From Gordius albopunctatus (Eukaryota), in NCBI GenBank assembly GCA_964276515.1, contig OZ193909.1:15872001-15936000 (forward strand): DNA of 64,000 bases, in the 5' to 3' direction. Made by a program: the position numbers and the translations under genes. This document shows positions 38,616 to 50,474 of this stretch, piece by piece (the stretch's first letter is position 1; each line of letters begins with the position of its first letter). Below the pieces are notes generated by a model, which was not told the origin of the DNA, searched no databases, and was given only the letters and a program-made list of their open reading frames with translations.

Positions 38616-40625
38616 TTGCTATGCAATTTATGGGCTCACTTTTCATTTGTTTATGTTACTCTGTTCGTGTCACGCACCGAATGTCTTCGTCTTGTTTATT
38701 TTTTGTTCGTATTAATTTAACGATCCCGGAGATGTCAATTTTTTATATTTTTTTCAAAATTAATATATTGTCCTTGTTACTACCATTGATAATATGACTT
38801 TTTGGCCGTCCGCTGGCTGCTAACCAATGGATTTTTTTTTCCGTTTTTTTTTACTCTTATGTATTAATAGACTACTCTTGGTACTGACCAATGGAAAAAA
38901 ATGACCTTTGTTTTAACTAGTTTTTGGGTTCGAATCCCGGGTTTTTTTTGAATCTTATGATTGTTCTTGTTACTAACATTGATAATAAGACTTTTTGGCC
39001 GTCCGTTGGATGCTGACCGATGAAAAAAGGACCATTGGCCAAATTGTGAATCGAATTTTTTTTTCGTTTTTTTTGACTCGTGTGTATTTATAGACCGTCT
39101 CTTGGTATTGACCAAGGGAAAAAATGACCATTGGCCATATTATTTTTAAGTGAAGGCTAAAACTTCAAAATGCTCCTCCCAAAATCATTATAAAATACTG
39201 ATTTTTTAAAATTAATGGGCAACTGCCCCCCCTACCTCTCCTAGATATTCCCAGACAAGGGGGTAAATTTTACCCCTGGCCGCCCTGGGAACCTACGGGT
39301 AAAATTTGGATGCTTACTTAAGTAACAACACAACATAATTTCTTAAATTCTTGCCCTTTAAATTATCACATAAAATTTCACAATATAAATATTGATTTTA
39401 TATTATTGTTTCATTTTATTATATAATATATTAAAATATTTTAAAAAGTCAAATAAATTTTTTTAATAAAAAATGTTGAAATTTTAATTAAAAAAATTGA
39501 TTTAATATCTATAAGAGTTCCAAAATCAATAAATTAACGGGGTTGCACGATATTTTGCATATCTTATTTATGGCGTTTGAATCAATAGAATTAGATAGCA
39601 ATTAATAACCTCTCTCCCCTCCACCCCCCCCTGTAAAATCAATACGTCAGGGGTTTTTGAAAAATTTTATATCCATCCGATCCGAGTTTTTTAAAATCTA
39701 AATCCGATCCGTCAGATCCGTGCACACCTCTAGTTAGTATTGCCTCTCTCCTATTCAAAATCTTGGCTAGGCCCAATTTGATCACCGTTTTCAAGATTAT
39801 TGATATAAAATCCCAAAATTTGTGATGTTCTTAAAGCCCTGCACGCCGCCCGAAGCCCGACCGGGATCGAGAGCCCCCCCCCAAATATTTTATAATTTTT
39901 TTGCGGACCCCATTTCTTTCATAATAATTTATATTTGTTAAATTATCTATAATATATTGATTTTCTATTATTGTTTCATTTTATTATATAATAAACATAA
40001 AACACAACTTTATTATTTCATTATCTATATAAATAACAAAAACTTCTACCATTCAAAAAATTATTTTCATTATTTAAATACCAGCAGGGTGTGAGTGGTT
40101 ATCGCGAACGGCTTGTAAACAGGAGGTAACGAGTTCGAATCCCAGAGAGGACAAAAAAATTTTTTTTTAATTAAATTAATATTTTGTTCCTGTTACTACC
40201 ATTGCTATTATGACTTTTTGGCCGTCCGCTGGCTACTGACAAATGAAAAAAAGACCATTGGCCGCATTATGAATAGAATTTTTTTTTCGTTTTTGAATAG
40301 GTTAACATTAATAATAATTACCCTAAGCCCTCCCCTACAAGGGCGTATGCCTCTACTGATATACGTCCCTGTGCCCCCCCCCCTACAAAAGCCTATGCCT
40401 CTTCTGATGTGGGTTCGAATCCCGGAGAGGACAAATTTTTTTTAATTAAATGGAAAATTTGTATAAATAATTAACTAATCATTTTGCATTTAGACCCCCT
40501 TTAGGCATTCTCGCCCCTTCCCACCTTTCTCGCCCATAAATTGCATAGCAAATATGCTACGTTTATACGCAATATAGATGAGTCGTTCTCCCTTCCCTTC
40601 CCACGAGGGCAGAAGGCCCGAGTTT
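38616..40625 (+). mobile_element. Long DINE-1/HINE-like element, interrupted by other repeats at ~39140-40080
   Basis: 5' subTIR TTGCTATGCAATTTATGGGC at 38616; tandem internal units; 3' subTIR 40532-40551; hairpin GGGCAGAAGGCCC ~40607-40619. Joining the two halves into one element is inferred. Confidence 0.65.
40083..40152 (+). pseudogene. tRNA-derived (Thr-TGT-like) segment inside the DINE-like element
   Basis: A-box-like GGTGTGAGTGG, anticodon-arm-like GCTTGTAAACAGG, B-box GAGTTCGAATC; acceptor and T stems do not pair properly. Confidence 0.5.
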
Positions 40626-41323
40626 TATGATAAATTAATAAAATACTGAGCACATTTTACTGAACATTTTTAATTTATTAGTGTGCATTTAAATACCATC
40701 CTTTTTTAGATTTGGTCACGTCACGTTATATAGAGTTAGTAAATAAAATAAAATTGCTTAAAAATTTTATCTCGATTGACTTAAATATGAAGTTTATGCT
40801 GCTTAAATGAGGAATTCTTAATTAAGATAGAAAAATAGTAAATTTGTTTTTGGTTCCGCCAGGCCGTCTTACTATTTATACAATCTAAAATACATGAAAT
40901 TCGTCCATAAAAGAACTATTAAAAAATACAAGGTGTGTATATCACAGAATACCATAGATAGGCAGGGAAAATGTGTTATAAAAATATAACACAATGTAGA
41001 TGGCAGCATATTTTGAATACACATGCATTAATTCTATCAAACAAAATGATAATTTATTAGAGAGTAAATATTTATAGATTATATACGTAATTTGCTATTA
41101 AAATAAATTTATTTGAACTATTTTTAATATATATATATACTTAATAAATTTTATTTGTTAGAGACTATAATTTAGTCGTAAAATTAAGATATAAAAAATG
41201 AGTAGTTCTGCTATTATTCAATCGATGATAGGATAATATAAATCAATTTTGAAATCATTTAATGAATTGCTAGAAAAAGATTAAAAATCTCATATTTTTT
41301 TGCAACGTTTAGAAGTTAATTAT

Positions 41324-42259
41324 CAGTGGTTTGTCCCGAACCCGGTAAAACCCGATGTTTTACCCAACCCGAACCCATTTTTAAAAATAGCCTTAAAACC
41401 CGAACCCGATGAATACAAAAAAGGGTTCGGGTTTTTAATTCAAAAATATATTGTGAACTGAATAAATACATTTAATAAAAAATTGGCGGAAGTTGGCTGT
41501 AATGATTCTAGTGATAAAATACAATTATCATTGCCTGATAAAACGGATAAGCTTGAGAAGCTTTTAAGAATGAAAGATCAAAGTAAACATATTAATATGG
41601 AAAATGTTAAAAGTGCAGGAAAAAGTATAGGTTCTCTCTTGACATTGTTCTTGGATCAAAATAGAATTGGACGAGATGAGAACTTATTAGAATTTTGGGA
41701 GAAAAATAAACATGAACATCCCAAGATTTATCAGTTAGCCCAGCAGGTTGTATTAGCTGTTCCACCTACCCAAGTTAGCGTGGAAAGAGCTTTTTCCTCG
41801 TTAAAATTTATTCTATCAAATTATCGATCACAAATTACTGATCAAATATTAGAAGATGTTTTAATTGTAAGATTAAATAATATATCAAAATCATATACAT
41901 AATTTATGTGTCAACTGTATTTATATTTCATGATGTGAAGTATACGTTGAATAAAAATATTTTTGTGTAATTTAGAATATGGTATGGCTTTTATTAATTA
42001 TATTTTTATTGCTTTTAAATCCAAAAATAAATTAGAACATTAAAAATTCAATAAATACATATGCACAATGAGATGAAATAATTGGTATGTGAATTTAATT
42101 AGGTGCTATTTAAAAATTAAGTTAACTATTCAATAATTTTTTGAAGATAAAAATGTATTATTAGTATAATAAAATTTCTTGAACCCGAACCTGTACCCGA
42201 ACCCAATGCCTTAAACCGAACACGAACCCGATTTTATTTTGGGCGGGTTCAAACCCCTG
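41324..42259 (+). mobile_element. Internally deleted hAT element (TIR CAGTGGTTTG / CAAACCCCTG) with dimerization-domain ORF 41483-41902
   Basis: LLEFWEKNK..YQLAQQVVLAVPPTQVSVERAFSSLKFILSNYRS; CCCGAACCC subterminal repeats; no TSD seen. Confidence 0.8.
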
Positions 42260-42666
42260 CTGGGTAATACTGAAATATCAAAATTTGAAGCTAAATCTTT
42301 CACCTTATTATAAAGAAGTTGATAGTGATTATTATTTATAATATCATTTAAAGTTAATTTGCATCCTTTGGTGTCTTAGGACTTGTCCCAATATCGGATT
42401 CATATTCAAATCGCGCGAATTATCTTTGTCTAAATATCCGATTCAATTTCATGGGTTAAACCCGGTGTAATTCTTAATATTTTGTTTTTTGATAGTTAAC
42501 GTTTTTTGTTTATTTCTACTCTTGAGATTAAATCTAAACTTTGCTGATACCCAAAAATTTAAGAACTTACAACATTTGATCTTTTAGAATCTTACAAAAT
42601 CGCTGTTATGCGTCTGAAATGTAAATCTGCTGTGAATTCGAAATAAAGACACGGCTATGTTACATC

Positions 42667-43356
42667 TAGAGCCCTGCAAAATTGAATTTAATCGGTCCGA
42701 GCCCGAAACTTTTTATTTTTTTCCCGAGCCCGACCCGAGCCCGATTTGTTTTTTTCACTCAGGCCCGACCCGAGCCCGGCCCGACTTTTGTAAAAATGTA
42801 AATTTGTACCAATTTTATTTCAAAAATTTATTTATAAATATATTACGTATCGCGAATATTATGTGATTTAAAATATGAATAATTATGGTAAATAAATAAA
42901 GTGGAGTCTAATTTATCGGGTTTTAACGAAGTCCTTCTCTCTTCGTAAGCTCGCCCAGCTGTAGAAAAGGCTCGCTCACTGCTAGCTGATGTAGCAGGTA
43001 TTGCCAAATACTTTCTAGCCAAATTGCTCAAACAAGGAAATTCACTCTGATGCATCTTCCACCATTCCAAAACTTCCATACCATCAATATAATTCGTATT
43101 TAAATATTTATGAAATTCATCTTCCTCAGCTTCGTTATCTATTCTGGGCTCTTCCCAACTACTAAAATCTAAAAATTATTCCTCCATTATATTATCTAGA
43201 AAAATAATAAGTGCTTAATGCAAATTAAAAAATTACCATGCTCGACGGCTATACTAGGCGTGGGACTTTGAATAGGTTTAATTAAAAAGTTAATTCCTAA
43301 GCATGGAAAAGTTTCCTATTAAAAAATTGTAATAATACTAAAAATATTAAAATAAT
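42667..43356 (-). mobile_element. hAT transposon 3' end (ZBED1-like dimerization domain) with small introns; interrupted by hAT copy 2
   Basis: TIR TAGAGCCCTGCA at 42667; CCCGAGCCCGA repeats; VLEWWKMHQSEFPCLSNLARKYLAIPATSASSERAFSTAG; upstream 41-nt GT-AG intron 43236-43196 and 79-nt exon 43315-43237 in frame (one stop). Confidence 0.85.
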
Positions 43357-44403
43357 TAGTGCTGTAAACATTTGTAAAAAAATCGAACGCGTTCACGTTC
43401 GTTTAAAAAGATTCGTTCAAAATTTTATGATAATTTTTTTAAAGTTTAATTTAATATAAATAAATGTCTTATATTTTTTAATACAATAAATAGCCATGAT
43501 AAAAAATGAAAGTTTTATTTCGACAATATAATTATAAATCAATATAATCTATTTTCTTATTTATTTTTAATAATAATTGTTTTTCAAAATTGTTTTCTGA
43601 TAAGCAGGGACGCTTGGCAGTTAATACAGCATTAGCTATACTAAAAACCTGCTCCACAGGGGCAGATGAGGGTATTGGAGTATTATACTTAATAAACAAA
43701 TTTTCTAAAGGAGGAAATTTATTAAAAACTTTTAATGTTTTGTCCCTCGCTTCAAAAAATTGCGACAAGATATCATCCTCCAATGCGCCCTCTACTTCCT
43801 CGCCAAAAAAATGATATCTCGGAATTGACAGCTCTTTCATTATCAATTCTAGGGGTTTCAATCCCTTTTTTCAATAACAATAAAAGTTTATTCTTTATAG
43901 GTTCATTTTAATTATTGAATTTGATCTTTTATATGGAACGAGTGAAAAATATTTTTCATATTTTGGCCATGGCAATTTCAATTCATCTGCTGATTTTGAA
44001 TATTCAGAATCTGAAGATGACGACGATATCATATTATGATTGTCCATATTAACCTATAAATTAAACTATAATTAATAATATCAAACTAATTAACTTTAAT
44101 CTTATCTTCTTTTGCACGTTATAGTATGTTAAAAGTATTTCGGAATTGGTAATAGGAAACAGGAAAAACAGCTGATTAAAAAATATAATACTTTTTTGTT
44201 AAAAATTCGGATTGACATTAATTTTCAAATAAATAAAAACAAAAAAGGGTTTTTAAAATTGAACGAACGTTAAATTCGAACGCGTTCATCAAAAAAGGAA
44301 CGCGTTCACGTTCAAAGTTCACCAAAAAATAAAAGAACGCCGTTCATGAACGCGTTCATAAAATTTGAACGCGTTCGTGAAAACGCGTTCACTTACAGCA
44401 CTA
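43357..44403 (-). mobile_element. Internally deleted hAT transposon, copy 2 (direct repeat of 33114-34165)
   Basis: Same TIRs and near-identical body; ORF 43532-43861 with a 1-nt frameshift relative to copy 1. Confidence 0.9.
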
Positions 44404-44644
44404 AAATTTTCTAATTCTCATCTCTGAGCATCTATCGAAATCTTTTTGAGAGACTTGTGTAGGCTATTTAGGAGTATTGTATTAACATCTTAGTTTCAGC
44501 ATGAAAATTATATTTTAATAATTTACGAAAAATGAAATTGACATTTTAAATAAATATATAATTAAAATTTATTCAAAAATTTATATTTTATACAAAAAGA
44601 ATTTCAAAATTGTTCATTAAAGTATATAACACAACTCTTCCATA

Positions 44645-44716
44645 AGCAGAGTGGCGCAGTGGAAGCGTGCTGGGCCCATAACCCAGAGGTCGGTAGATCG
44701 AAACTACTCTCTGCTA
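44645..44716 (+). tRNA. Initiator tRNA-Met (CAT)
   Basis: AGCAGAGTGGCGCAGTGGAAGCGTGCTGGGCCCATAACCCAGAGGTCGGTAGATCGAAACTACTCTCTGCTA, 72 nt; A1:T72 pair, GGG/CCC anticodon stem and ATCGAAA T-loop, all diagnostic of eukaryotic iMet; T6 terminator at 44721-44726; TATA-like box ~44623. Confidence 0.97.
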
Positions 44717-46033
44717 ATCATTTTTTAAAATTTTTTTACTAAATTTTTTTAATACAATTTAATGCTGTAAAACCGGCTGGGTTATATTTGGGGACCTTTG
44801 GTTTAGTCAAACTCAAACAGACTAAAAGTCATTTGGTCTTAGTCGCATAAACACACCATAGGTTCGACAAGACTAAACCCAGAATTTTACCAATAAAATC
44901 TTTGTAAATTTTCTCACAAAACCTTTAACTTGAATTCAAAATGCCTTGCTCACCTCGAACCCGATGCTTTATATTTTATTTTGTTCAAGCCCAACCCAAA
45001 TCCCAAACTCGGCCCGACATTTTATTTAGTTGGCAACTTTAGAGAAATTTTACATTTGAAATTTATTTTTCAATCTTCTTAATAATTATGGTGAGTAAAG
45101 AAATAAAAATCCAATTTATCTTGCTATTTTTTTAATCAACTAGATTTTCAAATGTAATGATTAGTGAAACCAAGAATTTTCGTTTGATGATTAAAAAAAT
45201 CCATGTCGATTTATTATATCCGTTGAAAATGTCAATGGCTACCTTTATCAAGCTAATTATTTAAAAATTGAGAATATAAACTTACTTTGAACAAGAAATG
45301 ATCATAATTTATAGGGAGGTGGGGCTGCTGTTTGAGAAGCTAAATTATGAGACCTATACTATCATTCTATTAAATGAAATGAGATTAGTTTATACAAACT
45401 CTTTATTGTTGAAAGCTTGCTGGGGGAGGCCTAGCTCCGAACCCGGGCCTGGGCAGCTCTATCAGGTCAGGCTTGAATCGGATGCTCTAATACTTTATTA
45501 AATTTTGTCCAAATCCGACCCAATATCCTCTTTGATATGATCGGACCAAGTTGGGCCTCTGGAACGCTAATTTAATCCCAAAAGAGGCCTGCACGGATGA
45601 GCAATAAAAATTTAAAACCTGAATCTTATGTGTATTTTATTATAAGGTAAAGTAAAAAATATTTTTAACAAAACATGAATATCCAAAACTTCTTTAGGGG
45701 CTGAGAGAATCCCTAAAAATGGTCAATCGTGACATTAAGTTTTTAGTCATTAAGCGTTGAAAAAATGGTCATTGCTGAATCTTATCGGTAGACAGGCTAT
45801 TATATATAAAAAGTCAAAAATTTATTTAATACTCGACTCCCTTTGGTTTCTAATTTTTTAAGTGTTTAAGTTTACCTACGATGTATACATAGGCCTAACA
45901 AGGATTTACTCATGGGTACTGTTAGAAATTTTAAAGTGACAATAACGTAAAAATAATAAAAGTAAAATGCGAGTTGATTTACGACTGCATGTAAATGATA
46001 ATTATTTTGTGAATGGTTTTTGAATGTTTGTAT

Positions 46034-46453
46034 CAGAGGTGAGATTTGTTAGAATTTTTCTGCCCGAACCCGGTCCGATTTTATAATTAATCTACCCGCC
46101 CGAACCCTTCTATGTGTCCGCCCGGCAATGCCCGAATTATCAGAACTTCCCGAACTGCCCGGCCCGAAATGGTGTTTTTAAAATTTGTATCACTAATATC
46201 GTTTTATTTTTTAAAAATTTCATCTAAATTTTTGACTTTTTTTAAATGAGAACTAGGATTAACAAACATTATGAAATTAATTAAAAAAGTGGCAAAATAT
46301 ACACAAAAACAATATAATACATTATTTTAAAAACAAAATTGAGCCTGATTTACCCGAATCTTGTTATGGTGCCCGCCCGGGCCCGCCCGAAAGTTAAAAT
46401 TTACGGGCCGGGCGGGCGAATTCGGGCAGCGGGCCGGGCAAATCTGGTCTCTG
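46034..46453. mobile_element. Non-autonomous hAT element (CAGAGG../..TCTCTG family)
   Basis: CAGAGGTGAGATTTG / CAAATCTGGTCTCTG; perfect TSD GTTTGTAT at 46026-46033 and 46454-46461. Confidence 0.9.
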
Positions 46454-47990
46454 GTTTGTATTGCATTTTGGTACCTGACAAACTGTTATTTAAAAACTAG
46501 CAATTTATCTGACCTGTTATAAGCATTAACAGTTAAACTATTTAAATTTTGAGAGCCTTTTCCACCCGTAACTTTCCTTGCAAGTACACAAGGAGCTTTT
46601 TGGAATAACATAAACATGGCAATTATTTAAACCACTGATATTGAAATTTTAAATTACGAGTTCCACATTTAGGAAACTCGAAGATTTCATTAGGTTGCCA
46701 GATTGATTTAAAAATTTTAAATATCTCCATCCCAATCAAATTTGAGTAAATATAATTGCCTATGTCATGGTCATCTAAAATTAAATTTATAATAAGTATA
46801 CCATTAACATATCAGTCAGTATTGAATATTTTTTGAGTGTTATCCTTACTATTATCTATTTTAGACTTGACACTGGCAGTGTCTAGAAAAATAAGTAGAT
46901 TTACAGTAAGTTTTGTCATATAATATGTCACATATATATGAGTTTTGGGGAAGAGACTTTGAAGACTAGCAACCAAATGCAAGGGATGATTACGAGATGC
47001 TAGACGATAATAAGCGGTAACAAAGGAAATGTAAGAAAGAGGAGTAACGCAAAGGACTCAAGGGAGGATAACAACTGGCGCAAGGCGCACAAAACAAGAG
47101 ATTGTCAGAGACAAAACACCTGATAGCACCCATTAATTAATTAATTTTCATCAAAAAATCTCATGCCATTTTTATTATCCTCAATCTTGAACCACGTCCT
47201 TGTAATAATTTGTAGTTTGAGCGTTGAGTTAGAATAAATGGCATATATAAAAGTTAATTTGTAGTTTGGATAGTTTGTAGTTATATTTGGAACTACAAAA
47301 AGTTTTATAAAGCATTTTCTTTCACAAACTCTCAATAAGTAAGCTTACTAATTGTTAGTGTTTTCCTCTTACAGAATTAGTACTACTATCATTTTCTAAA
47401 AAACTAAATTCTCGAATCAAGACGAGTGATTACCTTGATCTCTAATTGTGATTGTTAGTGTTGGATTATTCTCTTTTTCATGTACACTTAGGGAATTTGC
47501 AATCATTTTCTAAGAAGCTAGATTCTAGAATCCATTTTGTAGCTTATATAATTTATTTATCACCCTGATCTCTAATCGTTAGTGTTGGGTTAACCTGTTC
47601 CTCTTCTTCACTTACTGCAGTTAGGTACGCAGGGGGGTGGTTTTAGGGTTCAACCCCCCCCCCCCGCTGCGAAAAAATATTTTTTATTTTCTAATTTCGC
47701 ATTATATAATAAATATGATGAAATGAGTGTTACTTAAATAAATATAAGCACTTATATTCAACAACCATTAAGTATTTTTACGCATTAATATATTTTTCCA
47801 GAATTTTCCTTGTGGTTACGTAAGAATTTCATATGAACTTCTTGATCAATTTGAATAAAAGAAAAGCCTCAATATTTAAATTTTATGTCAAAAAAGTTAA
47901 TAGTGTAGAACAAGAACCTGCTGTTGGTAAGATTTTTAAATGATTATAGTTAGATTATAATTTTAGATTTAGTTCATGTGGAATAAGGAC

Positions 47991-48384
47991 CAGAGGTCAT
48001 ATTTGTTAGAATTTTTCTGGCCGAACCCGGCCGGCCCGATTTTATAATTAATCTGCCCGTCCGAGCCCGCCCGAATTCTTCTATGTGTCCGCCCGACAAT
48101 GCCCGAATTATCACAGCTGCCCCAACTGCCCGGTCCGAAATGGTGTGTTTTAAAATTTTTATCACTAATATCGTTATATTTTTTAAAAATTTTATCTTAA
48201 TTTTTGATTTTTTTTAAATGAGAACTAGGATTAACAAACATAATGAAATCAATTAAAAAATTGGCAAAATATACACAAAAACAATATAATAAATTATTTT
48301 AAAAACAAAATTGAGCCCGAATTGCCCGAATTTTGTTATGGTGCCCGCAGGTTCGGGCAACGGGCCGGGCAAATCTGGTCTCTG
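47991..48384. mobile_element. Non-autonomous hAT element, sibling of 46034-46453
   Basis: Highly similar body; perfect TSD ATAAGGAC at 47983-47990 and 48385-48392. Confidence 0.9.
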
Positions 48385-48453
48385 ATAAGGACCTGCTGTT
48401 TAAAATCTAAATTTGGCTGGACAAACTCACATGGATGCTACATTATATATATC

Positions 48454-48580
48454 CATGGGCGTAGCCAGGTTTTGGATTAGGGGGGGGGGGCAAAACATAA
48501 TTTTTTTTAATTTTTAAGGGTATTTGCATTGAATATTTTTTTTGTCATTTAGGAGGGCCCCCCCCCTGGCTACGCCCATG
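48454..48580. mobile_element. hAT-type MITE (CATGGGCGTAGCCAGG TIR)
   Basis: Perfect 16-bp TIR; TSD TATATATC / TATAGATC (7/8). Confidence 0.88.
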
Positions 48581-50474
48581 TATAGATCTTTAATCAAATT
48601 GCATAAAAATCTCCTATAAATTCTTTCGATATTCGAAGAAAAAATTTGAAACCCCCTCCCCCCCCAAAAAAAAATAAAATCCTGCGTACTAACTATCATC
48701 TTCTAAACTAAATTCTGGAATCTAGAGTGAATTAAAATTAATAATTTGTAAATCACTCTGGCGGCTACTAATTGTCTCCTTTGAAAGGTTAATTTTTTTA
48801 GGAAAGTAGTTATAAATGGAATATCGTTTCATATTAAAATTTCGGAAATGGGATTGGAGCTATTTATCTAAAATTTAACTGCGAATTTCAGATAAAATAT
48901 ATAATTTTTGAACATAAAAAAATAGAAAAAGCAACGAAAAATTTAATAACACCCCCAAAAAAAATTAAAAACTATAATTATCAGTAATAATTTTGGGCAA
49001 ATACACAATATAAAAATTCAATTATTTGAAAATTATGGGTAGTATTACAACCTTAAAATCACCCTCTCCCTACCCCAATGGATATGTATATAAAAATTAG
49101 CTTAGTTTTGAAACATCCTTATTATTACTATTTTATTTTGTTAAATATGTAATGACAGTTTAGTAGTTTAATTAAATATTAACTAACAAATTTTTTTCCT
49201 CGTGATTAATATACCAACATCAAGATTTCCAGTTGGCTGTACGAAAAACTGACGAATCCCTCCTCATAAAAAGAATGACTCTATCATAAAAATTTAGGAT
49301 TACATCATCAATTCAACGTAATCCTCTATTAATCTAACTTTGCTGGGCCATAAATAAATTTTATTCCCATGATGCACCACCGAACATTAATCAACTTTTT
49401 AAAAAACATTAAGGATTTAAATCCGTTAAAATGCCTTACTTTTATGTTTGATATCAAATGTGGTCTTGCGGCAATAAAATTGTTATAGAATTTTATTATA
49501 GCTAAGCAATTATGTTCTTTCGATTGCTGCTATTTTAAAATATTGGAAAAAGTTGGCAAGTCAAACTAAATCGGGTCGTTATTTTGTAAAAATAAATATG
49601 CAAAAATGGGTGGTTGTGTGAAAATTTGGGAATGATTTAGATGTTTGGTACTCTTTAGTTGATTATTGGAATTTTTAGAGCCCTTGAATGATGTATGAAA
49701 ATAATATGATAAAATATTAGCTAAAAATACGAATTAATACTAATAGAATTTAGACTTAAACAGTTGCCAGCAATATATAATTTTTAATAGCAAAATAGTA
49801 ATATCGCATTTTTTAAAACTCACGCAAATAAATCTATTGGAGAGAAGCTAAACGATATTTATACATTAAATGATTTTGTCTATTTACCCAATCTAAAGCA
49901 ATGATTTTATCAAAGCTGACTGCGAGCGGTCTCATATGTTTCCTAAATCCTAAAATAATAGCAGAAATACCTTTCTTTTTTCCCACCTATATTACATTAA
50001 TAATTAATAAAAAATATTAACTCCAAATCGATTTCTTTGTCGTTATAGTTTTGTTGGATTTTTTTATAAGTTTCGATAGGATACTTCCTCCACCCCCCAT
50101 TGATATATGACTTATCGGTAATTTAGTCGGGATACGTATGGTATGAATACAATTACGACCTTTAGCCTCTACCTTTTAAATTTATTAATTACCACCGTAT
50201 AGGCACAATGTATGAATAAAAAGCTAATTCCAGTATTATAACCTTATCAAAATCGTCGATATACAAATTGGTTTATTCTAAGGAAATGGGAAATGCATTG
50301 CGTCCTCTCTCCCAACCATATATTTTTAATAGATGCTTAGCGCGTTCACTACTCATACGAAATGAATCTCAAATTTATATCGCATTTCCTCCTCCCCCCA
50401 CCCCCAAAAACCATATTTAAATCCATATTATTTCATATTTTAAATTAAGCTCCGAGTCGGCCCATACATTCGAG

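Noticed and set aside
46914..47620. Purine-rich block and short repeats resembling another LTR
   Set aside because: I could not define TG..CA ends with a TSD; left unclassified.
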